Source: Squalus acanthias
Taxonomy: Eukaryota
Length of the DNA stretch: 64,000 bases
Direction: 5' to 3'
NCBI GenBank assembly: GCA_030390025.1
Contig: CM059425.1
Coordinates: 167,340,001 to 167,404,000 of the forward strand
The notes beneath the pieces were generated by a model. It had not been told where the DNA came from, did not search any database, and saw only the letters and a program-made list of their open reading frames with translations. A program made the position numbers and the translations under genes. Shown in pieces: positions 34,012-47,800 of the stretch. The first letter of the stretch is position 1, and the number at the start of each line of letters is the position of its first letter.

Positions 34012-35944
34012 CTAATTGTGCTTTATCTTCCTCTTATGCGTGCTTCTACGTGGTGCCTCCCCTGTGGCTTCAGCAGATGTGGAGACACCGTGCTCACTTT
34101 CATGCTGCTCCTGCTTCGACACCTTTGGCGGGCGTCCTCTGGGTTTGCGAGCCTGGGAGGGCTCGGCAACAGTCTGCTCATCCTGCGTCTATGCAGGGGC
34201 TGAGATGCCCATCTCAGTTGGGTGAGGACTCTGGTGGGGCTCTGACCGAGGGCTACTCAGTGACATGGTCATGTGAGTGCTTGGAGAGGAGCCCCCACTT
34301 CCTTGTTGCCTGCCACCAACATCCCTCTCATGGGTCAGTCCCACTTCAGTGCTAGCAAGTGGCTCTGACAGCACCTTGCTGCACATCAGGGGGGCCATGA
34401 GGACCCATCTCTGCACTGGCAGTCCTCCTCAAAAGGACGTCCATGAAGCTTTGGTTTCTCTGCTCAATAGCTGCCCATACCGCCTGCAGAGATGTCATTC
34501 TATTCTGAACATTCACCATGTTTTCCTTACTCTGGCGACTTATTTCCTCCATGACCATAGCTATCCTTTCCACAGAGGTTGCCATCCTATCCGTGTTGGT
34601 GCGTTCATGTGCCATTGCCTCCACAAAGGCACTGCTCATGTTAGACATGGACTCCTCCATCCTCTCCACACTCGCAGTAACCCTGGAGACAAAACCTGCC
34701 AGAGACTCCTGCACTTGTTCCTGGAGTTCCAGCACTGCTCTCTTTCTGGATGGACCCGCCAAGCACAGGGTCCACATGCAGCTGAGCAGAGCTAGGAGCG
34801 CCCTGCGGTCTCCGACGAGGACTCTTCACTGCTGTCCCTGTCTCCACCATCTGCTGATGCTCACTTGTGAGCTGTGATACACCAGGTGACAACACTACTC
34901 TATCTCCCGAAGGTCCCACTGAGGTGTGCATAGCTGCGCTGGTGCTGGGTGCGCTTAATTCTGCTGATGCTGCGCCCTCAGAGGTTGCAGGTTCCTCTGA
35001 GGAGTCTGGGGGCTCCGGCTCTATGGGGAGGGCGGCTGTTGATCATCCTGTGGGGGAGTAAAGGCATGAGTTACACATGTGATATTAAGGTAGCATGCAC
35101 ATGGAATAGTGCAGATCATCATAAGTCAATCTGTATGAGCATCAGATGCCATATCGGTCACTCATGCAATGTAAATGAGAGAGATGCAAATCTATTCTGT
35201 CACCAGCTTGCTCTGCTGCGCCCATCTGACCGCCCCCCACTTCCAGATCCTCATCGCCTCTGATTATTTCGAGGGCAGCCTCCTCAGCGTTGGTCAAATG
35301 GGCAATTGAAGGTGGCCCTCCTCCTGTCCTAGCCCTCTCCCTCTTATTGTGGGCTCTCTTTTCCTGCAATGAGGTAGACAAGTGGAGTTGGAATGAGAAT
35401 GATGGAGTGAGTGTAGAGAATCCATAGCATAGATGCTTAGAAGGAGACAAAGATGGAGTGAGGTGCCAATACCAAGGGCCCTCCCTGTGCGTTATTAGTT
35501 GTTGGCATTGCATAAGAGTGAGAGCGAGTGTGAGGGCAGCATAGTCGAATAGTGAAATGATTGTGTACATAGAGAGAGGGATGATTAAGGGTGCAAGGGA
35601 TGTAAGGGTAAAGTAGGATGTGGTGGAGTAGGTTGACAATGCAGAGTGCTGGTGATGAGAGGAGATGGGGAGCAGATTGACGGTAATGGTGATGTTATAC
35701 ACACTTTCCCTGAGCGGACCAGGTCATTGAACCTTTTTTGGCACTGCACGCAGGTTCGAATGCACATCGATCTGAAGCTGACCTCCTGTGCAATTTGCAG
35801 CCACACAGCTTTGGTTTGCTGTGGTGGCTTCTTCCTCCCAGAGGATGGGAAGAGTACCTCCTTTTGACCTCTGACTCCCTCCACAAGAGCACGGAGGGAG
35901 TCATCAGCAAATCGTGGTGAGGCCTTCGCCCCTGAGGTTGCCAT
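34012..35944 (-). pseudogene. Harbinger-2 Myb/SANT-like gene, 3 exons (35944-35705, 35363-35204, 35047-~34012), degenerate
   Basis: MATSGAKASPRFADDSLRALV..LFP..WLQIA..QCQKRFNDL | EKRAHNKRERARTGGGPP; phase 0 then phase 1 introns; stop and frameshifts in exon 3. Confidence 0.8.
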
Positions 35945-36589
35945 GTCAGCCGTAGTCAGCAGAGTAGACAATCCAGAAGCAAAAAATAAGAGAATGAACC
36001 AAGGCTGCATGGGCCCCTTAAATGCAGCTGGCTCACAGACGTCAGCAGAGCCGAGTTCCAGACCTAAAACAGTAATTGGCCAGGGGAGCGCACACGCAGG
36101 GACTCGATTGCCCAATTAGGGCAAAATCGCAATTTTTTACCGGCTGAAAGCGGAGGCGGGACCGGGACCCGCCAACCACCTGACCCGCACCCACCCCGCC
36201 ACCAATGATAAAATCGCGGCCTTTGTCTCAAAGTCTAATACAAGCCTCCAGGAAAATGAAACCTATGAAGTCCCAGTAAAACATAACTTATACATTAACC
36301 CCTTACTTGTCTCGAGCAGAATAATTTAAACACAGTATTATTTGCGTAGCCAGATACATTTTTAGGCACCCCTAGTTTCTAACAATGTTTCTGACCTTCC
36401 TCAATATCAGGAAAAGCCTATCCAGGCTTGTACTGTAAAAAACAGATTGCTGGCCTATACCAGCAAGTTGATATCTCAGCCTGCATGCAGCCCAAAAATG
36501 ATAGCAATGGCTTGCATGGCACTTACCTTTGTTATCAGCAGCAATTTGACTCCAGATGCTCCCTTTGCAGTACTTTTGTGTCTCCAGAG

Positions 36590-36941
36590 TAGGTGTGCCA
36601 ACCTGCCAGGATTGTTGTGGACTCTCCAGGAATTAAAGATTAATCTCCTGGAACTGTTACAAACAACCGAGAGGAAAAACCGTAGAGGTATCAAAAAGAA
36701 CAGTGCCTTTTAAAATTTTCTTTGAACACTTTCATTTATTAGTTATAAAAATATTGGAGATGGGAAAAAGGCTGTTTGACTGACAGTCAAGAATCATCCA
36801 ATCAGGTAACTTTCCGATTGGTGTGGGAAGGTGGTTCTCCACAAGGATGGATGTGTCGGGCGACCAATGGAGGTAGCGTGAGGATGTGGCAGTTGGAGGC
36901 AAAATTTCCTAGAATGTGTCCAACCAGAGTTGGTAACCCTA
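36590..36941. mobile_element. hAT-type MITE
   Basis: TIRs taggtgtgccaac / rc tagggttaccaac; 8-bp flanks ctccagag / ctccggaa (6/8). Confidence 0.7.
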
Positions 36942-37169
36942 CTCCGGAAACACTGCACTTTTTTTTATATCTGGAGACATCACTCTAATATCTGTCAGCA
37001 TCACTGCAGAAAACAAATCCAGAAAAATTTAACCTTTTTAAGAGTATTTTAAGCAATGTGGAAAGCAAGTATATTCCTGTAAGAAGAAAGAGAAACAAAG
37101 GAAGTAAAAATAACCTGCAGGTAAAGCACAGATATAGACAGGATAATACACAAGGGATAGACAGTATAA

Positions 37170-40100
37170 TACCACAGGTAACGATAGATTAAATAATTAT
37201 TTTGCTTCAGTATTTACCAGGGAAATAAGTGCATTTAAAATTTAAAAAAGGGGATATATTAAATAAACTAATCAAACTCAAAGAGGATAAAACCCCTGGT
37301 CCAGATGGATTGCATCCACGCATTTTAAAAGAATCTAGGGAAGAGATAACAAAGGCATCACTACACATATTTAATAATTCATTAGAAAAAGGTGAAGTGC
37401 CAGAGGACTGGCAGATAGCTAACGTAATATCGATATTTAAGAAGGGGGATAGAACATTTCCAGGGAATTATAGACCAGTCAGCTTAACATCGGTGGTAGG
37501 AAAAATAATGGAATCCCTACTAAAGGAGAAAATAGAAGAACATCTAGAAACCCAAAATATAATAATGAATAGTCAGCATGGATTTCAAAAGGTAAAGTCT
37601 TGCTTGACCAACCTCATTGAATTTTTTGAAGCGGTAACACAGAGAGTAGACAATGGTAATGCAGTAGATGTAATTTATCTGGATTTTCAAAAGGCCTTCG
37701 ATAAGGTATCCCATAACAGACTGATGAACAAGGTCAGAATGCGGAGTCAGGGGACAAGTAACAGAATGGATTGCTGGCTGGCTTCAGGACAGAAAGCAGA
37801 GAGTAGGAGTAAAGGGTAGCTATTAACAGTGGCAGAAGGTGGGTAGTGGTGTTCCACAAGGATCACTGCTGGGACCACTGCTGTTCACAATTTATATTAA
37901 CGATTTAGACTTTGGAATCAAAAACACAATTTCTAAATTTGCGGATGACACCAAATTGGGGGGGATAATCAATACTGAGGAGGACTGCAACAAATTACAG
38001 GAGAACATTAATAAACTTGCAGAATGGGCATATAATTGGCAAATGAAGTTCAACACAAATAAATGTGAGGTATTACATTTTGGTAGGAAGAATAGGGAGG
38101 TCACTTATCACTTGGAGGGTGCAAGTCGAGGTGGAGTAGAGGAACAAAGGGATCTCGGAGTACAAATACACAAATCACTAAAAGTTGCAACACAGGTTTA
38201 GCAAGGCCATAAAAAAAGCAAACCAAGCACTAGGGTTTATTTCTAGAGGTATAGAACTGAAAAGTAGGGAAGTTATGCTAAACCTGTATCGAACTTTGGT
38301 TAGACCACACTTAGAGTACTGCGTACAGTTCCAGTCGCCATATTATAAAAAGGATATAGAGGTACTGGAGGGTGCAGAGAAGATTTACAAGGATGATGCC
38401 AGAAATGCGAGGGTATACATATCAGGAAAGGATGAATAGGCTGGGTCTCTTTTCTCTTGAAAAAAGAAGGCTGAGTGGTGACCTAATAGAGGTCTTTAAA
38501 ATTATGAAAAATGTTGATAGCGTGGATACAGAGAGAATGGGCTGGTTTTTCCCAGCGGAGACAGGATCGTGACAGGAGAGCTGATTTTTGGGTTCCGGTC
38601 CCGCTCCCGGCTGCAGCCGCTCTGTCAAAAGGATTTTCCATTAATAGGGCTTGTTAAGCCCGCCCTGCGGGATTCCCGGCCAATTAATAGGAAGCGGGTC
38701 TGATGATGTTATTTGATGACGTGTCATCAGCCGGTTTCCTTAAAGGGACCACATTCATTTTGACAGTTGTGCTGTCAGTGTTCTGCAGCATTGAGGTGCT
38801 GCAAACACTGACAAGCACTGCACAAAGGTACACGGCTGCACCCAGGCTCTTGCATGACTCCCTCCATATGCTTATGGAGGGAGTCACAGCATGCAGGGAG
38901 GTTCTCTTCCCTTCCCATGGGTGGAAGAGACCTCCCCAGGAGATCAACGCAGCCTGGTTGCACATTGCACAGGAGGACACAAGCAGGGATGTCGTCAGGA
39001 GGACCTGGCTGCAGTGGCACAAATCTTTCAATGATCTCAGTAGATCATGAAATGTTACTGCAAAGCCACACTCAACCTCATCCTGCTGTGCCTCTCATCA
39101 CATCCCCATCACTCTGCCTTCCCTACCCTACTCCTGCACATCCTTACTCACACCAACTTACCTTGCACCTCCACCCATCCCTCTCTATCGACATTATCAC
39201 TTCCCTATCTCACTAGCCATACCTCACACTCACCCTCATCCTAGTCCAATCATACCAACTAACAACACACAAGGGTAGGCACTTGGATGTCTTATGCAAT
39301 GTTCATGTACATTTTCTGTTAATGTGTTGTCAAACATTGAAATCTTTATTTTCAACACTTTGCCTTATTGTACAGATCTGTGCTGACCTTTGGAAGTGTC
39401 TTAGTGAGTTGCAGTGAATGGTGAGACATAACGGTATCCCCCGCAATGGTGATGAGTGTGAAAGTAATGGCTTGGTCATTGTATGAATGCTTTACGGTGC
39501 TGGTGTGGGGTGGTGTTAACCTGGTGCATCAGGGTGTACAGCGTCAAGTGAAGTAAATCTGGCCATGGTGATGCCAGCCCTGGCTTCCCTGGCAGCAATG
39601 TGGTCGGGTGCTGATGCCCTGTGTCCTGTGCAGCATCAGGTGATTGCGGAGAAGGTTGGTGTTGTTGTTGGTGATGTTGGTGTGCCTGATGATGTTGATG
39701 TTGTGGCTGATCATGGAGGGATTCAGAGGACCAAGGTGAGATTTTTTCAAGGGCACCAATGTTGCTGGAATAGATGGCAGCTGAAGTTGAGATGTCAGAA
39801 GTGATCTGTCAATGGTGAGAGAGCTTGCTCCAAGGAGGCAACAGTGGATAGAGAGTTTACTCCAAACACTTCCAAACTGCATACAACTCAAAAGTGTCTT
39901 CCAAGTCCTGAAGTCTCAAGCTTCTGACATTGGAAAGTGACCAGCTGTGAAGTGGTAGCTTTCATACCACTATTCACAGCAATGGGGAGACATAGAGAAC
40001 CCGACCTACTTACCTGACGTGATCTCCGAACACCAGGAACCCCGTTAAAAATGTGGGGAAATAGAAAAAGGCTGGCAAAATAGTAGTTAACAAGCACTTA

Positions 40101-40621
40101 ACAAGCAGTTAACTATCTTAAATTCCTCACCCGTCGCTTGGTGTCGGGTCTGTTCTGAAATCGCAGACGCGACACTTTGGAAACTTACATGGAGGCAGGT
40201 TCGCAGTGGGTTCCTAACCCGCCATCAATCATTTTGAATTTAACAGCCTCCGAACCTGCACTCTGAGTGCTGGCAAAATCGCAGCCAATATTTCCACTTG
40301 TGGGGAAGAGCATAACTAGAGGCCATCAATATAAGATAGTCACCAAGAAATCCAATAGGGAATTCAGAAGAAACTTCTTTACCCAAAGAGTGGTGAGAAT
40401 GTGGAACTCGCTACCACAGGGAGTGGTTGAAGCGAATAGTATAGATGCATTTAAGGGGAGGCTAGACAAGCATATGAAGGAAAAGGGAATAGAGGGTTAT
40501 GCTGATAGATTTAGATGAGGAAAGACAGGAGGAGGCTCGAGTGGAGCATAAACGCCGGCATGGACTGGTTGGGCCGAATGGCCTGTTTCTGTGCCGTATA
40601 CCCTATGTAATCCTATGTAAT
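37170..40621 (+). mobile_element. CR1 LINE (different subfamily), 5'-truncated, split by the insertion at 38539-40286
   Basis: RT ORFs 37229-38572; resumes at IFPLVGKSITRGH (40290); tail (CCTATGTAAT)2. Confidence 0.9.
38539..40286 (+). mobile_element. Non-autonomous Harbinger derivative with a degenerate Myb/SANT exon
   Basis: TIRs gggctggtttttcccagc / rc ggctgcgattttgccagc, TSD AAT; ORF 38703-39050 has APRL..SLHMLMEGV..EVLFP..WLHIAQE..KSFNDL. Confidence 0.85.
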
Positions 40622-42917
40622 ATTATAAACTGATCCCAAGAAGCAAACTGCAGTGAGGTCTTGGAGATATACAAAAATTAGTTCAATTGCTCAGTGCATG
40701 AAATTTGGCTGAAAGATTTTCCACTATGAGGCAAAGGTCAGATTTCAGTACATTTCACAGCCAATCTAACCAGAGTTGCCAGTGAAGTATGATGCAGGCA
40801 GAACTCGCTTTTGATTCAATGGAACTTTGAGGATTTTGTCTGCAGGACAGTTTAGAACAAGGGTGAGAATCGACTATCAGGCTTTCTGCAATAATTTTCA
40901 CAATACTTCAATCATTTATTTAAGAGAGAGCACTGCCTTATTCACACACTGGTACAATATCAACCTCCAGCAGCAGTTGAACCCACAGACATGAAACAGC
41001 TTCCTGACTGCTCTGTCAACATTCTGTTCCTTCAGTCCATGCTGTAAAATACATTTATTGCACTTCATGGGCTGCATCAAGCGATGTGTAATAGGCAACT
41101 TCTGCAATATTAAACAAATCTGTCATGTTTTGAGAATTTTTTAATAACATTTTATGGAGGCTGTAATGACATTGATGCATTCAACCAATAATGTACTGCA
41201 GATTGACAGTGGAATATAAATTACACTGTACTTATATTTACAGTCTACTTAATCAAAGCAAATAAAGTAGTTCAATCACTGGCCTCAATAAATTGCTACG
41301 GTGGCTTCTGATTCATGCTTGCTGTACTAAACTGCCTGTCTCCTGGGCAAAAGTCAGTCCTGAATGCTTGAGGTGGATTCTATAGAGTAAGTGTGGATGA
41401 AACTTGATGATATAATTCAATTGATTATCACAGAAAGCGGAGGCACAATATGAGATATAATCCACAGAGAGCTATAAAATTGTAATGAATTGTTGCAAAG
41501 AGATAATAGCTACAATTCACAATTTTGAGCTGCATTTCTTTTACACCGTGGACTGAATGGATCATCTCTCACAAGCCCTCCCTCTCTTTATCTGCCACTA
41601 CTTTACTTAAGTCCTCCTTCCGAGATATTGTTAATCAAGAATATATCAAACTTGCACATGTTCATGACTAATCTGTATGACTCAGAGAATAGTTTTTTGC
41701 TATTGCTATTATGGAATAATAAGAAAGAAGTTTCTGTGTGCGTATATTATTTTTTATTAATGCAAGGCAAAATTTGTACTTAGAATTATCAATATACATC
41801 AAGATTGTCAAAGGTAATGTTTTTCCTTAAGCTTATTGAATTATTTAAGTATATAATTTGCAAAAGATACATAAGCCAGTTTAGCCATTTTGGCGATCTT
41901 GGACAATAATTGCTTCAAGCAACACCTCAACAGAGAAATCAGCTGGTGGGTAGTACATTTCCAAATTGGAAACTATTACCACTGCCTCACATGATACATC
42001 TGACAAAACATTTTGGGAAATGTAATGACATTGATGCATTCAAACAATAACATACTGCAGGTTGACTGTCGTGGTGGCAAATAAACTGATCAGCTTTTTA
42101 CGTAGAACCTATAGGAGACTGTTGGACATCTGATCCTTACTAATCAACATGGCCTGAATAACTGTAATGACCCACATAACTTTTACTGGAGAATCCAGGT
42201 TCTTTCTGTCAATCCTCTGAATATAATCAGGGCCCAATGTTCCTCACAACAAAAAATGTAAAAATGCTTACTGAGTAACCCATTTAAAAAATGCAGAAAT
42301 GTGCGGCTTTGAAACATTTGATTCTGAGAATGCAACTTTATGAGTGAGTCACTAATTATGGAGAAAAACATGAATTCTCCCATTTTTTGCTATAAAGGCA
42401 ATATCATCCTGTAAGATAGGCTTTGCTCGGGCATTTGCCTTTTTAGCACACCCTGTGAATAATCTGACTATTACCTGTTTGTAATCTATTTGTTTATAGA
42501 AACAGGCAAACTCTGAGTTGATTTTGGTTTGTAATTTTGCTTCCTGACATTTGTTTTTAATTCAGGTAATAACATTGACATTGTACTGGAATACCAATGA
42601 AAGAGTTGCTCAAGCTGTTCCCGTAGCTGTAAAACATTTATCTCACAGGGTAGCTTCTCTTACTATTGGAGAATAGAAAGCTCGAACCTGCCAAAGGGCC
42701 AGGAAAAATCATCAAGCTGGTCCTCTCTAGTCATTCTGTTGTGTTCTAGCACCAGTGAGGTATTTTATTTTCAAATACAACCTTATTAGCTGTATTAGCC
42801 TTCTTCACAAATGTGTAAGCCACTGTCTGCCTCGATAGAGCTGCCTTATTACTCTCCCATAGCAAAATTGGTGAACATTTCAGGGAGGTAGCTATGTACA
42901 GGAATAAAGCCTATTTA

Positions 42918-43141
42918 TCACAGAATCACAGAATCCCCACAGTGCAGATAGAGGCCATTTCGGCCCATCGAGCCTGCACCGACACATATCCCACCCTATC
43001 CCCGTAACCCCACGTATTTAATCCCCCTAACACTAAGGGTCAATTTATCATAGCCAAATCAACCTAACCCGCACATCTTTGGACTGTGGGAGGAAACCGG
43101 AAACCCACGCAGACACGGGGAGAATGTGCAAACTCCACACA
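42918..43141 (-). mobile_element. V-SINE (HE1-like) with CR1-type tail, head missing
   Basis: The reverse complement reads gtgtggagtttgcacattctccccgtgtctgcgtgggtttcc..cccacagtccaaagatgtgcgggttagg (V-domain-like), then a CR1-like hairpin and (ATTCTGTG)n tail. Confidence 0.75.
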
Positions 43142-43174
43142 AAGTGAAGAGAATCTGGGTTAAGTGGAAATATT

Positions 43175-43805
43175 GGGGTTGATTTTTGATTTGGGTGGAC
43201 ATAGCGCTGGAGGTGGGCAGGGTGATCGCAACACCCGCCCAAAGTCGCCAGCAGGGGGGGGCCTGAGCAACTTTATTGATCAGGCCTCATTCTAATAAAA
43301 TCATTGATCTGCCAGCACTAAATGAGCGCTGATAGGCAGATCACCAATCGGTGGGGGGATGGTGGGAGGGCAATCCCATTGACTCCTCCAAGGAGCCAAG
43401 CTGACAGGGACATTTTGGGGGGGAGGGAGGGAGGGAGACAGGCAATAGCGGGGTAGGGGTGTGGAGGAACCAGCAGTAGAGAGGGTGATTGTTGTGGGGC
43501 CTGGAGGAGCATTCATGCTTCCAGCAGTCCCTTTAAAGACCGCAGGTTAGGCTGCTCTACATTCAGTTCCACCGGGTGCAGCAGGCGCATTGCAAGCTCC
43601 GCCCAGTGGAAGACCCAAATTTTATGGGGTCCTAAACGCATTTAAATATTTTAATTGAGCTCCCATCTGTTTCGGGCAGGTGCGCTGGCTGCCCAAATCG
43701 AGATCTGCTCAACAACTGCATCAGGTGAGCATTGGGCAGCATGTGAGCAGTAAGTTTTTGAAAAACATATTCATCTCAATACCGCCCCATTCATGCTGAA
43801 AAATG
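43175..43805. mobile_element. Probable old GC-rich non-autonomous DNA transposon remnant
   Basis: Starts att|ggggttgatttt like the other Harbinger-type TIRs here; right TIR not resolved. Confidence 0.35.
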
Positions 43806-44805
43806 GGGTAGTAGTGAGACGGTAATTGTTCTGATTCAGTCTACATTGTCTGGATCTGGAGGACAGTCACAGCTTTGATTGGGATCACCAACGTGTGGTC
43901 AGGAAGTAAAATATTTCTAGTCCATCAATCCAAAAATGAGGCTCGTAAGGGTGAGGTAAAAGGGTTTAATTCCTGTCCTGTGGGTACTGTGCATGGCAGA
44001 CATACATCAAACAGATTGAATGACACAGATGTGTGATTTTGTGTGCAGCCGCACTATTCCATCCCCTGGTGATCAATCTAGCCTAGGGCTGAGGGTACAA
44101 TTGATGTCACCACCTCCAGTAACCAGATCCCTTGGGTGTTAGTTAAGCAATAAAAACGAATTACAGCAGAACTATGCTGTGTGGTATTGCACACACATAT
44201 GAAGAATGCTTTTTTGTTGGCATACACTGACTAGTATTCTGCATTATTAGAGACAGCCAGTTAGTAAGACAGAGTGAATGGAAAAGATTTATGAATATAA
44301 ATGTTGTTGCTCCCTACTCTTCAAGGAGTATGGGAAGAAAGATTGACTCACCCTGTTCCAACATCATGTTCAAATGTTCCACATCTGTGAGGTGGGTCTC
44401 AATTTAGCAGCTGAGCAGTGCCAGACTGCTTAATGCTTTTTTTCCCACTTATGATAGTTATTAATCCTCTTATTAACCCTCTTTAAAGTGAGAGAGATAT
44501 ATTTCATTGCTAATGGAGCTGGGAAAAATTCTGGGAAGAATTTAGTTGCCAACTGAATGGCTGCAGGACATTCTGAGGGGGGAGGGTGAACAGCCAGAGG
44601 TTGTGGTCCATATCGGTACCAATGACATAGGTAGAAAGAGGGATGAGGTCCTGCAGGCAGACTTTAGGGAGCTAGGAAAGAGATTAATAAGCAGGACCTC
44701 AAAGGTAGTAATCTCCAGATTACTCCCAGTGCCATGCGCGAGTGAGTACAGAAATAGGAGGATAGAGCAGATGAATGCATGGCTGGAGAGATGGAGCAGG
44801 AGAGA

Positions 44806-47800
44806 AGTAAATGTATGGATGAGGAAAAGGACTGCAGGGAATGGGCAAATTGACCACGGCACCATGGTACAGGGGGCCATCCAAGAGGGGGGAGAAGGAA
44901 GGAATGTGGTAGTAGTAGGGGACAGTATAGTCAAGGGGATAGATACTGTTCTCTGCAGCCGCGAAAGGCTGTGTTGCCTGCCCGGTGCCAGAGTTAAGGA
45001 TATCTTCTCGCAGCTGGAGAAGAACTTGGAGTGGGAGGGGGGAGGATCCAGTTGTCGTGATCCATGTAGGAACCAACGACATAGGTAGAACTAACAATGA
45101 GGTTCTGCTGAGGGAATTGGAGGAGCTAGGGTCTAAATTAATAAGCAGAACCTCAAGGGTAATAATCTCTGGATTACTACCTGAGCCACGCGCAAATTGG
45201 CATAGGGTCAAGCAAATCAGAGAGTTAAATGCATGGCTCAAAGATGGTGTGGGAAGAAGGGGTGTCAATTTATGGGGCACTGGCACCGGTACTGGGGAAA
45301 GAGGGAGCTGTTCCATCAGGATGGGCTCCACTTAAATCAGGCTGGGACCAGTGTCCTGGTGAATCGAATAACTGGGGTTGTAGATAGGGCTTTAAACTAA
45401 AAAAGTGGGGGAAGAGTTCAGGTGAGGGGAAATTTAGAAATCTAAAGAGAAAGGTCAAGGCAATAGAGCAGTGTAGCGATTTGGGTAAAAATAAGCAGAC
45501 TGTGACAGGAAGGGACAGAGTTTAATGGTAGCAGTGCAGCAGAGAATAAGGTCAAAATAATGGTAAAAAATTTAAATTAAAGGCTCTTTATCTGAATGCA
45601 TGAAGCATTCGTAACAAGATAGATGAACTAGTGGCACAAATAGAGATAAATGGGTTTGATCTAATAGCCATTAAAGAGACATGGTTGCAAGGTGACCAAG
45701 GTTGGGAACTAAATGTTCCAGGGTATTTGATGTTTCAAAAAGACAGGCAGAATGGAAAAGGACGGGGAGTAGCCCTGATAATAAAGGATGACAAAAGGAC
45801 AGTAGAGAGAAAGGATCTCGGCTCGGAAGATCAGGAAGTAGAATCAGTATGGGTGGAGATAAAAATAACAAGGGGCAGAAAACACTGGTGGGAGTAGTAT
45901 ATAGGCTCCCTAACAGTAGCTATACCTTTGGACAGAATATTAATCAAGAAATAGTAGGAGCTTATAACAAAGGTAATGCAATAATCGTGGGGGACTTTAA
46001 TCTTCATATAGACTGGACAAATCAAATTGGCAAAGGTAGTCTGGAGGACAAGTTCATGGAATGCATTCAGGACAGTTTCCTAGAACAATACGTCATGGAG
46101 CCAACCAGGGAATAGGCTATTTTAGATCTTGTAATGAGACAGGGTTAATTAGCAATCTCATAGTAAAGTATCCTCTGGGGCAGAGGGATTATAATATGAT
46201 AGAATTTCACATTAAGTTTGAGAGTGACTTGCCTAAGTCCGAAACTAGAGTCTGGAACTTAAATAAAGGTAATTACATAGGTATGAGGGGCGAGTTGGCT
46301 AAGGTAGATTGGAAAAATAGATTAAAAGGTATGGCGGTAGATAAGCAGTGGTGAGCATTTAAAGAGATATTTTATAATTCTCAACAAAAATACATTCCAT
46401 TGAGAAACAAAAACTCCATCGGAAAAGTGATCCAACCGTGGCTAACTAAAGAAGTTAAAGATAGCATTATAGTGAAAGAAGAAGCTTATAATGTTGCAAA
46501 GAATAGTAGTCAGCCTGAGGATTTGGAGAGCTTCAGAAACCAGCAAAGGTTGACCAAAAAATTGATAAAAAGGGGAAAAAATAGAATATGAGAGAAAACA
46601 AGCAAAAAATATAAAAGCAGATTGTAAAAGCTTCTACAAGTATGTAAAATGGAAGAGAGTAGCAAAAGTAAACGTTGGTCCCTCAGAAGCTGAGACAGGA
46701 GAAATTATTATAGAGAATAAGGAAATGGCAGAAACGTTAAACAAATATTTTGTATCTGTCTTCACAGTAGAAGACAGAAAAAGCATACCAAAAATGATGG
46801 GGAAACAAGGGACTAATGAGGGTGAGGAACTTAACGTAATTAATATAAGTAGAGAAAAAGTACTAGAGAAACAAATGAGACTAAAAGCCGACAAATCCCC
46901 AGGACCTGACGGCCTACATCCTAGGGTTCTAAAAGAGGTGGCTGAAGAGATAGTGGATGCATTGGTTTTGATCTTCCAAAATCCCCTCGATTCTAGAATG
47001 ATCCCATCAGATTGGAATGTCGCAAATGTAACACCGCTATTCAAGAAAGGAGGGAGAGAGAAAACAGGGAACTACAGGCCAGTTAGCCTGACATCAGTCG
47101 TCGGGAAAATGTTGGAATCCATTGTTAAGGAAGTGGTATCAGGGCACTTAGAAAATCATAATATGATTAAGCAGAGTCAACATTGTTTTATGAAAGGCAA
47201 ATCGTGTTTGATAAATTTATTAGAGCTTTTTGAGGATGTAACTAGCAGGGTAGATAAAGGGAAACCAGTGGATGTAGTATATTTGGATTTCCAAAAGGCA
47301 TTCGATAAGGTGCACATAAAAGGTTATTACATAAGATTAGGGCTCATGGGGTTGGGGATAATATAGTAGCATGGATAGAGGATTGGTTAACGGACAGAAA
47401 ACAAAGAGTAGGGATAAACGGATCTTTTTCAGGTTGGCAGGCTGTAACTAGTGGGGTGCCACAAGGATCAGTGTTGGGGCCTCAGCTATTTACAATCTAT
47501 ATTAATGACCTAGATGAAGGGACCGAGTGTAATGTATCCAAGTTTGCTAATGATACAAAGCTAGGTGGGACAGTAAGCGATGAGGAGAACACAAAGGGCT
47601 GGATTTTCATTGACCCGTGGAGGCGGGTTTGGAGGTGTGTGGGGGGTTAAAGTTGCAGATTCGGGGGTCCCAAACCCATCCCGCCCCCAACCCGCCTCCA
47701 TGTCAGTTTCGCTGGAGGCGGGTACCCGACCTGTGCTGGGACCCGCCTCCCCGAGGCGGGAAGGGGATTAGTGACAATTAACTGCCTGTTAACAGCTAGT

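Larger units (their letters stand above)
29412..36221 (+). mobile_element. Second PIF/Harbinger element, decayed, carrying two nested insertions
   Basis: TIRs GGCCGTGATTTT / rc GGCCGCGATTTT, TSD TTT (29409-29411, 36222-36224), and convergent transposase and Myb remnants. Confidence 0.92.

Noticed and set aside
44546..45088. Novel double-esterase protein
   Set aside because: Chance in-frame junction of two nested CR1 ORF1 fragments.
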